From positions 5,270,001-5,334,000 of the forward strand of contig OZ231126.1 of assembly GCA_965153355.1 (NCBI GenBank): a stretch of 64,000 nucleotides of DNA, given 5' to 3'. This DNA is from Flaccisagitta enflata. Taxonomy: Eukaryota. Numbering within the stretch: position 1 is the stretch's first letter; the number at the start of each line of letters is the position of its first letter. Below, piece by piece: positions 49,681 to 60,197 of this stretch. Both the position numbers and the translations under genes were made by a program. The notes under the pieces were generated by a model. It was not told where the DNA came from. It was given only the letters and a program-made list of their open reading frames with translations, and made no database searches.

Positions 49681-52600
49681 CTATTTCGGCGTGCTAGCTT
49701 TGGGACAAAACCCGTCATCATCATCGTCAAACGAAGTTTCTTCTCGATCATCACTTTCCTCCTTTGGAATATAGGGTGTCGCCACTTCTAGTGATTGGAA
49801 CATGTCAGACTCAAAACCCGTTTCATCGGCATCTGCTTGAGCTTGAATGGCGCAAGTGTTAATTTTATTGCAAATGTTTACCATCGAAGTCGTGGGCGCC
49901 TTCCGTTTTGATGATTTGCCCTTCTTAGGCTTTTGCTTCGCTGGCTTTTCAGTTGAATCAGGCCCAGCCACTTTTCTCTTCCGGGAGTTGTACTGCATTT
50001 CGCCACCATCGGAACGAGGGGACAGATTTGGATCATCGATAAGGATTACCGTGCTATGAATAGCCTGAGAAGTGCCCGGCTGGGCATTTTGAGCAAAATC
50101 GGCTAAAGTTTCATTTTCATCAAAATTAGACTCAGGGTATAAGGCTTCCTGGTCAGTTTGGACTGATAGATCAGGTCTAGGCATTTGAGTAAAAATGTGC
50201 GGATTTGTACTAGTGATTGTCTGAGGCGAAATACGCAAATGACTGGTTGCTGAATTGTCCGGAGGGAATAGTAGTGAAGAGTGGGGGGTGGGAGAAAGAG
50301 ATGGTAACGAAAGAATAGGTCTAGATGCGGGTGGCGTTGCCAGGTGAGAATGAGGAAAAACAGTAATATCTAGAGTTGTTTCGGAAGCAGGCGTTGGAGG
50401 TGGGGGATTTGGATGGTCAGCGTCTAACGTTTGAATGACTGGTGTCGTTGGGGGTGCTGGAGCTGTAGACGGGCGATCGTACGACAACAATGAACCAAGC
50501 AAAAAGGCTTTAGATTTTGATCTAGTCATTATTTCATTGTTAGGGTCTACAGGCAGGACAGATTTAGGCACAACAGACGCGGAAGCAGAAGAGCGTAGAA
50601 TAGATTTCCGCGCATTTGCCCCCGTAATTGTAAGACCAGGGCCCTGATCAGCCGATTGAATACTGCCATGCGAAGCCGCGGGAGGAGCGAGAGGAAGAGG
50701 AGCAGGAGGAGGAAGAGCATGGGAAGGAATTATCTGTTGGTTTGAAGGCGTGGCAGGAACAGTATAAGGTTTAAGATGGTTGTGGTGTTTCGTGCGTGAG
50801 ATACCATGCTGGTCCTGACAGGTGTAGTTGACACTGGCCTCATCAGGCCTCGGAATAACTTCAACCACTGTTGAGGGCCCGTCCCAGTTAGGAGTGAGTT
50901 TTAGAGGGACATTGCGTGGCTGAAATTCCCATACATCATCGCCGCTTTTGTAGGGGACATATTTGGCCTGTTTGTCGTAGTTTGTCTTCTGTCTTTCTTG
51001 TTCCTTCTTCATTTGCTCTTGGACCTGCTGAATGGCCTCAGTTTGTTTATTGCTGTAGGAATTGACATAGTCCCTTACTGAAAATTTGGCTTCAGGAGAT
51101 GGTAGAATGCCATCAATTGGGAGGGTTGGTTGAAAGCCGTAGAGAACGAAGTAAGGAGTCTGGCCAGTGGTGGCGTGTACAGTTGTGTTAAAGGCATACT
51201 GTAGGAATTTAAGCAGGTCAGGCCAATCTGCCTTGGTTTCTAGGATGCGTTTTGTGAGTTCCGTGATAATTTGACGATTTTTGTTTTCCACCACCCCTTG
51301 AGATTGGGGGTGGTAGGGTGTGCTAGAGGACTTCTTGATCTTGAGATACTGGCAGAGAGCGTTGATGATATCATTTTGGAATTCTCCTCCGTTATCACTG
51401 CTGAATGACTCAGGTGGCCCATGGCGTAGAGAGAAATCCGTGAGGCAGTCAACGATGGCAGTAGCGGTCTTGGAGCGAGAAGGGTAGAGTTCGACCCATT
51501 TTGAAAATAAGTCGATAATTACGATGACATAACAGTAACCCTTGCGAGAGGTAGGCAGTTTGAGTACGTCTGCCATCACACGTTGAAATGGTCTGGAGGC
51601 CTTGATGGAGATCATAGGAGCCTTGTTAGGAGGGTTGGGTTCACGAAGGCATTGGCACTCCCGACAATTTGATACGAACTTTTCGATATCGCTCCAAAAG
51701 GAAGGCCAGATGGCATAGTTTTTGACCATGCGAATCATCTTGTCTTTTGAAGGATGACCGACGAGGGGACCACCGTGTAGGCTCTGAAGGACTTCTTGCA
51801 CCATAGTTGGCGGGACAATTGCTTGGAGAATCGTGCCTTGGAAATCATCAGTCTTCGCAGCGCGGTAAAGGACACCCTTTTTGAGTCTGAGGTGAGGATA
51901 GTGTTTAGCATACCAAGGATCGTTGATCGCACCCTCGTCTGGTCTGAGACGCCTGTGTTTGAGTTTTTGTTCAATAACCGAAAGGATGGTGGGGTCGTTT
52001 CTCTGTTCCGCCACAAGTCTTTCTTCCTTCTCTTCCTCGCAGAAGATTGAAACTAGAGGAGCTTCAGTGATGTCTAATGCACCCAGGCAGTAAAGATTCC
52101 GATCATCGGCAGCCGTAGTGAGATCAATGAACTCTTGTCGGTCCCAGTTTTGGTCCTCAAGTGCCATTGAGCAAAAGAAGTTGGCAAAATGGTTATCTAG
52201 GCCATCAGGGACTTCGACGTCATCTTCATCCTCCATAGGACGACGACTCATGGCATCAGCATCAGAGAGTTTGGCGCCAGGGACATAGACAAGTGTGTAG
52301 TGGAAGCTAGCCAGGAAAATTTTCCAACGGTTTCTCCTTCCATTTGGGTCATCTGTGTTTGGATCAGGTTTCTTGATAGAGAGAAGAGGTTTGTGGTCCA
52401 CAATGGCGACAAAATGGGAGCTGGCCAAGAAATGACGGTAAGTTTTTACCCAATTGTAAAGAGAAAAGAATTCCCTGTCAAAGACCACCCAAGTGGTTTG
52501 CCGGTTGGTTAACTTTTTCGAATCAAAGCAGATAACACGCGTCAAGTCATCATGGATTTGCTGAAGGACGCAGCCGATGGCAAGAAGGCTCGCATCGGTT

Positions 52601-54597
52601 TTGAGAATAAACTCCTTGTTGAAGTCTGGAACTGCAATGACAGAATCAGAAGTGACTGAGCCAACAAGTTTGTCAAAAGCAGCTTGACATTCAGGGGACC
52701 AATGGAAGGGGACGTCCTTCTTGGACAAGTCCGTTAGAGGAGCGGCGATATGCGAGTAAGACTCAATAAATTGACGATAGAAGGAGACTAGTCCAAGGAA
52801 ACCTCTGGTTTCCGTCAGGTTCTTAGGCACTGGCCAACTGAGTATTTTAGAGATGTTGTGCGGGTCAGGCTTCAAACCGCTAGCCGAGAGGAGGAATCCA
52901 AGAACAACGACTTCCGTTTGACAAAACTTTGACTTTTCAGGATTTAACTTTAATCCAGCCCTCTCTAGAGCAGAGAGGACCTCGTCGAGTAGATGGAGAT
53001 GATCACGGTACGTTTCCAACGCCATCAATATGTCGTCAAGGAAAGTAATCAGGAAGCGAGGGTCGAAGTTACGAAAAGTGATCTGCATCAAGGCATTCAT
53101 GGAGGAAGTTGCGTTTATTTCCCCCTGCGGGCACCTGGCCATTTGCCAGTGCCGCATGGGGGTACTAAACGCATAAAACTTACAATCACAGCGAGCAATG
53201 GGGATTTGATGGAACCCCGAACTTAAGTCGGCCTGAGAGAAAATGGAGCCTTTGACCCGATGTAGACAGTCTCCGATGTGAGGCATTGGGAAGTGTATAC
53301 GTTCAGACATGGCATTGAGCCGTCTCAGGTCAACAACAAATCTCGAAAGCTCACCACTTTTTTTCGGCACCATAAGCACTGGAAAGTTATAAGGACTGTC
53401 GCTTGGCTCAACAATACCATCACGATGCATCTGGTCCACTTGGCGTTCAATGATCTCAGCGATCTGAGGTGTTGTGCGGTATTGGGGAACGTTGATGGGA
53501 GGACCTGGCTTGATGCGACAGAAATGCTTAAGCAGGGTGGCCTCACCTAAATCACTTTTAGTCTTCGAGAAGGCTTTTTCATGCTTCACTTTGAGAAGAT
53601 GCTCCAGTTCGGCAGGATCTTCTCCAGGAGGAATTTTAGCATTGGAGAGGTCCAATATCAATGGTCTGGTTGCATCATCAGGGTCCGGAGCTTTCACGAC
53701 CCGAGGGATGGATCTTTTTCCTTTGGCAGCGCAGAATTGGGAGTCAGAGTATAGGCAGAATGAGTCAGAAGGAAGTTCAGTTTGCTCTGGAAGGGGGATT
53801 TTATCGATAGCTTCAAACACGCAGAATGGTTCTTCAAGCTGGGAACCACAGAACTCAAAAGTTGCTAAGAGTGTTTCAGCTGGAATGACTGCTGGCGTAG
53901 GGAGAGTATTGAAGACCTCACAGTATGTGGTACCTTGATCCATAGAGGAAAGAGATGATCCGACTAAGACACCCTCTGCTGGACAATAGTCAATAAAAGG
54001 TTGAGACAGAATTGTTGAAGAGCCAGACCTTTGAAGATATGCTAAGTCCGCGTGAATGTAGGCTTTAATAGGCATGCGCGAGAAGGGAGGGATGACCACT
54101 GGTTCGAAGGCTGAAAGATGAGGAGGATGCGGCGGCTTCTCTCTCAAAAGGAAGGGGGTGGAGACACCTTTGATAGTGAGATTGTTCGATTCCAGATTTA
54201 TGATAGCCTTCCTGTTGCACAGAAAATCCCAACCGATAACAATTGGACGGACGAGACCACGCATAATCCTACAGTTGACCACGAAGTGTTGACCAGAAAT
54301 GTTGAATGGCAACTCGATCAGTCCAATGGTGACAACATCATTTCCATTGATTGAGTGCCCAACATCAGTTTGGGGTGAAAATTTACATTTTTGCAAGAAG
54401 GGACATCTCTGTACTTCCATCTCAGAGATTAGGCAGGTGGAGCAGCCAGTATCGACGAGAGCACAGACTGTTCGATCACCAATGGAGACTTGAATTTCTG
54501 CATAAATATCTGGTTTTGGTTCCTGACTAAGTTGAGCCTTAGGTTGAGTTTCGCCGACACGCTCCCGACTCTCGGAGGTGTCTGCATTTAAAAATCC
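49681..54597 (-). CDS. pol: Gypsy pol (protease, RT, RNase H, integrase), expressed by a -1 frameshift from gag
   Basis: Frame is open upstream of the listed ORF and contains protease ALVDTGCS (~54439-54462). RT DLSSGFHQI..FLDD; RNase H TDAS; integrase H..H..CREC, D..DNG.EF..E; WDGP. Confidence 0.96.
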   Translation of the reverse strand, partial: GFLNADTSESRERVGETQPKAQLSQEPKPDIYAEIQVSIGDRTVCALVDTGCSTCLISEMEVQRCPFLQKCKFSPQTDVGHSINGNDVVTIGLIELPFNISGQHFVVNCRIMRGLVRPIVIGWDFLCNRKAIINLESNNLTIKGVSTPFLLREKPPHPPHLSAFEPVVIPPFSRMPIKAYIHADLAYLQRSGSSTILSQPFIDYCPAEGVLVGSSLSSMDQGTTYCEVFNTLPTPAVIPAETLLATFEFCGSQLEEPFCVFEAIDKIPLPEQTELPSDSFCLYSDSQFCAAKGKRSIPRVVKAPDPDDATRPLILDLSNAKIPPGEDPAELEHLLKVKHEKAFSKTKSDLGEATLLKHFCRIKPGPPINVPQYRTTPQIAEIIERQVDQMHRDGIVEPSDSPYNFPVLMVPKKSGELSRFVVDLRRLNAMSERIHFPMPHIGDCLHRVKGSIFSQADLSSGFHQIPIARCDCKFYAFSTPMRHWQMARCPQGEINATSSMNALMQITFRNFDPRFLITFLDDILMALETYRDHLHLLDEVLSALERAGLKLNPEKSKFCQTEVVVLGFLLSASGLKPDPHNISKILSWPVPKNLTETRGFLGLVSFYRQFIESYSHIAAPLTDLSKKDVPFHWSPECQAAFDKLVGSVTSDSVIAVPDFNKEFILKTDASLLAIGCVLQQIHDDLTRVICFDSKKLTNRQTTWVVFDREFFSLYNWVKTYRHFLASSHFVAIVDHKPLLSIKKPDPNTDDPNGRRNRWKIFLASFHYTLVYVPGAKLSDADAMSRRPMEDEDDVEVPDGLDNHFANFFCSMALEDQNWDRQEFIDLTTAADDRNLYCLGALDITEAPLVSIFCEEEKEERLVAEQRNDPTILSVIEQKLKHRRLRPDEGAINDPWYAKHYPHLRLKKGVLYRAAKTDDFQGTILQAIVPPTMVQEVLQSLHGGPLVGHPSKDKMIRMVKNYAIWPSFWSDIEKFVSNCRECQCLREPNPPNKAPMISIKASRPFQRVMADVLKLPTSRKGYCYVIVIIDLFSKWVELYPSRSKTATAIVDCLTDFSLRHGPPESFSSDNGGEFQNDIINALCQYLKIKKSSSTPYHPQSQGVVENKNRQIITELTKRILETKADWPDLLKFLQYAFNTTVHATTGQTPYFVLYGFQPTLPIDGILPSPEAKFSVRDYVNSYSNKQTEAIQQVQEQMKKEQERQKTNYDKQAKYVPYKSGDDVWEFQPRNVPLKLTPNWDGPSTVVEVIPRPDEASVNYTCQDQHGISRTKHHNHLKPYTVPATPSNQQIIPSHALPPPAPLPLAPPAASHGSIQSADQGPGLTITGANARKSILRSSASASVVPKSVLPVDPNNEIMTRSKSKAFLLGSLLSYDRPSTAPAPPTTPVIQTLDADHPNPPPPTPASETTLDITVFPHSHLATPPASRPILSLPSLSPTPHSSLLFPPDNSATSHLRISPQTITSTNPHIFTQMPRPDLSVQTDQEALYPESNFDENETLADFAQNAQPGTSQAIHSTVILIDDPNLSPRSDGGEMQYNSRKRKVAGPDSTEKPAKQKPKKGKSSKRKAPTTSMVNICNKINTCAIQAQADADETGFESDMFQSLEVATPYIPKEESDDREETSFDDDDDGFCPKASTPK
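54556..54597 (-). promoter_or_regulatory. -1 programmed ribosomal frameshift signal
   Basis: Slippery G GAU UUU (54597-54591) just before the gag UAA, an 8-nt spacer, then hairpin GACAC-CTCCGA-GAG-TCGGGAG-C-GTGTC. Pol is in the -1 frame. Confidence 0.8.
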
Positions 54598-56156
54598 CCA
54601 TGATGAGCAAAAATTGGTGGCTCACACTGTTGGGCATAGTGAGCAGAGTGGCTTTCATCAGCAGGCATGTTAAAAGAGACAGACTTTGGAGGGAGCATTG
54701 GCGTAGTTAAGTTATGATCGATGTTATTGTAGTAAGGAGGCCCATTAGGCTCAGGCATTGGGCCAAATCCATTGAAGTTTTGAGAGGACCCGCGATTTTG
54801 CATTTGGCCAGAAGCACCCAAGTTACGAGAGCTGCTGCCGGAGTGCGGCGGCGGCGGAGGCTGTTGCGGCGGCGGCTGCTGCGGCTGCTGTTGGCCTTGT
54901 TGATGTTGATTGCGGAATTGGTTAGGCTGATAAGGGCGGCCGCTTTGATGATTCGAAGAATTTTGGCCATCTTGTCGGTAGTGCTGATTACCTTGCTGAT
55001 AAGACTGCGAACTAGGCCGATACTGCTGATTTTGGTAAGAGTGTTGATTGGTCTGATGATGAGATTGCTGATAAGGCTGTCCGCTCTGTTGAAAAGGAAG
55101 ATTGTTTCGATGATAGGATTGTCCACTTTGCTGATAAGGACGATGAGGACTGACCGGCTGATTGGGTTGATAAGATGGGCTGGGGTGATACGGCTGATTG
55201 TGGTGCTGAGAATTATGAGAGGGATAAGGCTGCTGCGGAGGGTAATTGCGATCGAAGGAGGGAGGCCGGCGATTGAAATCCTGACCGTTACGATTTGGCG
55301 AACGGAACGGCGAACCATGAGGGGACCGTTGGCCATATGCGGGTGTAAAGTTGCTTCGACCGCCAGGGGAGTAAGCGCGAGAGCGGCGCTCGGTCCCAGA
55401 TTGGGTTGAAAGATGTTCGATTAAGCTATTGATAGACTTGTTTGTCTCTTTCTGCATGGCAAGAGACTCTTTGTGCGCGAGCGATAGTGCACTGATCTGA
55501 TCGGTGAGATTATCAACCACGGGGTTCTTGAAAGCAGCCAGAACGGGAGGGACAGCTAAGGCAGCAGAAAGAGGCAGTTTAGAATTTAACAGACCAGTGT
55601 ACGGCGAAGTGCCGTTGTTGCGGGACAGGATGTCTTTAAACTTTACGGCGCGTACGCGGGCCATGGTGACGTCGGTAGACCTTACAGGCATCCCAGCATC
55701 AACATAGTGTTGGTAGTCGGGAGGCAGACCAGCGATGAACCGTTTGAATACCTCACGATTAAACAAATCCTCGTTGGCAACGACATCAGGATCGTATTGG
55801 CGGGTGGCAGAAATGATTCTATTTTCGTAAATTGACAGTGGGGACTCACCATCCCATTTGATAAAATCAAGCTTAGACTTGAATGTCTGTGCCTTCGAGG
55901 GGTCCGTAAATTTCTGTATGAATTCCGCTTTGAGAGCTTCCCAATCGTCATTATTCTCAGAGGACTCATACAGCGTTAAAGAGAAATCATCAAGTTTAGT
56001 TGGCAGAATCCGTAGGTAGGCAGATTTCTTTTGAGCGGCAGTAGCATCGGCGGCCAAATGCGCATCAACAGACCTCTCATACCTCTTCAGGAAGATGGTT
56101 ACGTCTTGGCCGCTTTCATAGGAAAAGGGCTTTATATCGACGAATTTGTGCTCCAT
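54588..56156 (-). CDS. gag: Gypsy gag, 522 aa
   Basis: ATG at 56156. Capsid-like PFSYESGQDVTIFLKRYE..WEALKAEFIQKF..FIAGLP, followed by a Q/N/P/S/Y-rich tail; lies directly upstream of pol. Confidence 0.9.
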   Translation of the reverse strand: MEHKFVDIKPFSYESGQDVTIFLKRYERSVDAHLAADATAAQKKSAYLRILPTKLDDFSLTLYESSENNDDWEALKAEFIQKFTDPSKAQTFKSKLDFIKWDGESPLSIYENRIISATRQYDPDVVANEDLFNREVFKRFIAGLPPDYQHYVDAGMPVRSTDVTMARVRAVKFKDILSRNNGTSPYTGLLNSKLPLSAALAVPPVLAAFKNPVVDNLTDQISALSLAHKESLAMQKETNKSINSLIEHLSTQSGTERRSRAYSPGGRSNFTPAYGQRSPHGSPFRSPNRNGQDFNRRPPSFDRNYPPQQPYPSHNSQHHNQPYHPSPSYQPNQPVSPHRPYQQSGQSYHRNNLPFQQSGQPYQQSHHQTNQHSYQNQQYRPSSQSYQQGNQHYRQDGQNSSNHQSGRPYQPNQFRNQHQQGQQQPQQPPPQQPPPPPHSGSSSRNLGASGQMQNRGSSQNFNGFGPMPEPNGPPYYNNIDHNLTTPMLPPKSVSFNMPADESHSAHYAQQCEPPIFAHHGDF

Positions 56157-57024
56157 AATTGGTGTAGGAAGTTGAAATATCGAAAGCAGATCTAAGGCAG
56201 CGCCCAGGTTTAGGAATCGGGAGAAGGCGTGGACTAAGTGCAACCAAGCGGCAGCGGTCCAGTCAGCCAAAAAAAAAAACTATGATAAAAATTTTAATAT
56301 GGATGATGAATGGTCGGATATATTGGTAGGTAAATGTGGCACGCTCGCGTTGCTAAACTAACGACAACGGCGACGACGACGACGACGACGACGACGCAAC
56401 TACGGCGATGAGAGAAAGATTTGAGGGGGGGTACAATTATAGCAAGTTGCGGACGGGTGGGCGCGGGCGAAAAGTGAACGAAAATTGTGAGCAGAGAAAT
56501 GAAAACGGCGGGCGAAGGGTCTGATGAATGAGAGGAAGAGCACTTGATGCCTAAGTGCAGCCAGGTGGATGCGGGCAGCAAGTGAAATAAGATTTAGAGA
56601 TGAGAACCGGACACAATCACTAGTACTTAAAAGAGGCAATGATGGCACCCAAAAAAAAGATGATGATCCGGAAAAAAAATGATTTTTGCAAAACTTGGAG
56701 CTTTTTATTCCCATATTCCAAAATGTAAAAGAGTAGAGAAAAGAGGAGAGAGAAAAAAAACGCGGATTTTGAGAGAAGAGACTTAAAGCTAGTGGACTAA
56801 GTGCGGCCAAGCGGCGCGCGGTCCTGCTAACCAAAGAGGAGAGATTTTGAGTAAAAGCAGATTTGTGTAAAATCGATTACCATTTTATGGTAAGAAGAAA
56901 TCAGTGTGTTCTTTCAAGGCAACGCAAAATGATGGTTAAAAACATGGAAGCTAATTACTTTTTTATTCCTAATCCGCGAATTCTCGGAGCTTTAGCTCTT
57001 TGATTACAAAACCGTAATTTGTAT

Positions 57025-57192
57025 TCAAAACTTAAGCGTTCTGCGCGCTTTTGGTCCCTTTGGAGTTGAAGGGACTGGTTCTCTGGTGGCCAATTTAAAG
57101 ACGGTAAGACGAGTATAATGAAGAATGTCCCTCAAGGTAATCAGGATAGCCACCAGGACGACGAGAATCAGCATGTCAATGATGAACTCCAT
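57025..57192 (-). CDS. Small single-pass membrane ORF in the retroelement 5' leader, 55 aa
   Basis: Reads MEFIIDMLILVVLVAILITLRDILHYTRLTVFKLATREPVPSTPKGPKARRTLKF: a hydrophobic helix and a Pro/basic tail. ATG context AAACATGG. Confidence 0.5.
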   Translation of the reverse strand: MEFIIDMLILVVLVAILITLRDILHYTRLTVFKLATREPVPSTPKGPKARRTLKF

Positions 57193-58332
57193 GTTTATAT
57201 TTGAGCTTGGGACCAAGTTTCAACTAAAACGTAAAGATACTCTTGAGATAAAACAATCGGCAATTGTCGGCAACAACCAGGGAAACGGAGATATTAATGA
57301 ATGCGTCCCTAGAGCTGACTTGGCGGCATTAAAGTTGTAGTTGCATCGGTATTTGAGAAACGAAAATTTATAACCAACGGGGCAAAAAAACGGAGCCTTC
57401 CCAAATTTAGCCGCAAAAAAAAAGGAATCAGAGACTTGGCAGTGGTGTTGTAATTAACAGGATCGAATTGCTGTAAAGCTATCATACGTGTTTTGACTTA
57501 ACCGACGACAAACGGAGCAGCTTAAGGTAATTATCTAAGAAAAGAATCTCGTCCACACTTTTGCAGTCTGCACACCCCATGATGTGTTGCACGGGAAACC
57601 ACTAGTCTTACGAAGTACAACAAGATTATTAGACTGGACGACGACGGTAGGCAGGCTCGCAGATAAAGACACCGGGGCATAGTCTTGTATCGGTGTTTGG
57701 ACGTCCTTGTATGAGTTTTGGTATCCCCCGGCAAGGCAAAGACTTCACCCTCTCGGCAGAAGCGAATACGCGCGCATTTCGCCGCGCAACCCTCGCCAGG
57801 AATCCGGCCAATGAGGTAGGAACGACGTGATAACGATAACGGACGACGAGACTGGCAACTTCCAATGCCAGACCTGCATAGTTTGAATGAGAAAAGTCTC
57901 CCCTGAGATCCGACTGAACAAGTACTCAGAGGTTCAGATAAAGATGGATGGTGGCCATTCATACATGGGCATGAATTTTCATCAACTTCTCCCCTGCCAC
58001 AGGATTCCCGAAGAAGAACTTAACCAAGGTTACCGGGGAAACGGCGGAGTTAACTTCCATTACCTTGAGCTTGCTCCCATTTATCCCGGGAAATGAAATC
58101 CAAAATTCTTGAGTGGGGAAATCTTTGGCTCCGACGATAACTTAAACCGAAATAATCGAAAAGGTTCTTACCAAACCACGTTGGCTGAAGAGTGGAAATG
58201 AAAGCTCGCATGAAATATCTTAAGTTCAGTGGCATGAGTTAATTTACAGCATCGGTGGTGAAGGGAATCATTTTGGGCTACGAAACCAGACACGCTTAAC
58301 GGCCCTCTGTTCAGGTGTTTGCACCCTAAGTG

Positions 58333-58350
58333 CAATCCCAAGATGCACCA
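58333..58350 (-). promoter_or_regulatory. Primer-binding site, probably tRNA-Gly(GCC)
   Basis: TGGTGCATC.. starts 2 nt after the 5' LTR. It is complementary to the ..GAUGCACCA 3' end of invertebrate tRNA-Gly(GCC) (from memory; 9 nt exact). Confidence 0.7.
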
Positions 58351-58352
58351 AA

Positions 58353-59028
58353 TGGGGCAGGGTATACCTAGTCGATCCATGAGGGATGAGGCAATTACCA
58401 TAAATATGACCAAATATCCACCATGTCACCAATTCAAAGCTACTTACTAACCTTGTTCCTTGACTTGTTCCTCGACTTGTTCCTTGACTTGTTCCTTGTT
58501 CTTAAACGATCTACCTCAAAGGAGACCAGGTTTCCTTTGCCCACTATGAGTGTTTTTAGTGTTACATCGCCAAGTAAGCCTCTAAGGCATTTCACATCTG
58601 AGTGAAAGAAGAAGAACCTATTTAGCTTATTTTATACAGTTGTTGCCTTTATTAAGAATACACACTGAGTATCTGACAATGATGATATACTACAAGCTGG
58701 AAGTGGGAGGTCATCAAGTGACTGTGTCCCTGAACTTGGTAGACCCAAGCTAAGTGGCTAAGTTTTCCTTTGGATAGATCAAAACTACTAAATACTATCA
58801 AGCCACTCAGAGTTGAGACCAACAAGTGATTATTTAACTAGTTTATCATCAATAAAACCATAAAAACAATATAGCTATGAAAACTAGACAACAAGAGGAG
58901 TAAGGATAACTAAATAACAAACTAATGAAAATATAACATGAAAACTTATAAGTCGATGAATGCTCATCGACAATATGCAAATGAGATTATTGCATCACTC
59001 CTCAGTGGATCACTTACGCTCTGCCACA
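58353..59028 (-). repeat. 5' LTR (676 bp)
   Basis: Direct repeat of 41780-42455 and adjacent to the PBS. Confidence 0.97.
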
Positions 59029-59152
59029 ATGATGGTGGCGAATGGCGATGATGGTGACGTTGATGATGATGACGATGATGATGGTGATGATGATAATAAT
59101 GATGATGGAGACAGTCAGAACGTGTCGCATCTTCACCATGTCCTTTTAACAG

Positions 59153-59259
59153 GGATTGGCGCTGAACGATTGTCACGCTGAAATCATCGCCAGACGAGGA
59201 TTGTTAAGATTCTTCTACGACCAACTCAAGTTACATTTGGAGGAGGATGAAGATAAAAG
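59153..59259 (+). CDS. ADARB1: ADAR2-like exon with the catalytic CHAE motif
   Basis: Reads [25 protein letters not shown]. Boundaries ttaacag| and |gtactt; in phase with exon 41424-41582. Confidence 0.96.
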
Positions 59260-59617
59260 GTACTTAGTCATTTATTCATTGAATCATTCATTCATTCATT
59301 CATTCATTCATTCATTTACATATCCATTTCCAAATCCGTCAGCCACTCTTGAAAATAAAAGACAGGTGAATGCAATTTGAAGAAAAATGAGATTGTCAAA
59401 TTCGAATTCAAAACTCAATTTTTCGTGGGCTCGTGGTCTTCGATTTCACTCGGCCCAAAGCCATCCCCAACTAAAGACTGATAATTTAGTGCGCCTAGTA
59501 AAAAAAATACGCATGATGACTGTTAACCACTCAAACAAGAGATTGTAGCGCGCGTGATGAAGAAAAAAAAATACCACCGAGGGCTGAAAGTTTGTCTTTT
59601 TCTGTTTGTCTTTACAG

Positions 59618-59693
<76 letters not shown>

Positions 59694-59704
59694 GTCTGTG
59701 TGTG

Positions 59705-59735
<31 letters not shown>

Positions 59736-59772
59736 CTTTCTTTCTCTCTCTTTCTTTCTCTTTCTTTCTCTT

Positions 59773-59907
<135 letters not shown>

Positions 59908-59924
59908 CTTTTTCTTTCGCTGTT

Positions 59925-60197
59925 TTTAGATGCGTTCTCATATCTCTATAATAGGCTATGTCTGTTGGTTGGTTGATCGGTTGGGTAACAAATACATAAA
60001 AGCCATAAGAATCATGCATTATTTCAACAGAAAATTCGTACCAACTCTGTAAAAGTAGCATACATTGAATAACTCATTCATTAAATCATTCATTCATTCA
60101 TTCATTCATTCATAAATAACTTCATTCATAAAAAACATTCATTAATAAAGAAACTTGCATTCAAAGAGGGCGCATCGTTGGCCTACTTGGCCTTGTT
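59925..60197 (+). mobile_element. DINE-1/HINE-like element (GATGCG subfamily)
   Basis: TTTAGATGCG start, (GTTG) and (CATT)n tracts, and an end CGCATC..GGCCTACTTGGCC-TTGTT. Confidence 0.65.

Larger units (their letters stand above)
41780..59028 (-). mobile_element. Full-length Ty3/Gypsy LTR retrotransposon, 17249 bp, with two extra cargo ORFs
   Basis: Two 676-bp LTRs with TG..CA ends and an ATGA TSD (41776-41779 and 59029-59032). Has a PBS, gag, and pol in PR-RT-RH-IN order. Confidence 0.97.

Noticed and set aside
54707-55409. Leu/Ile/Arg-rich 231-aa antisense ORF and 209-aa alternative-frame ORF within gag
   Set aside because: Shadow frames of the Q/N/Y-rich gag tail, with no independent coding signal.
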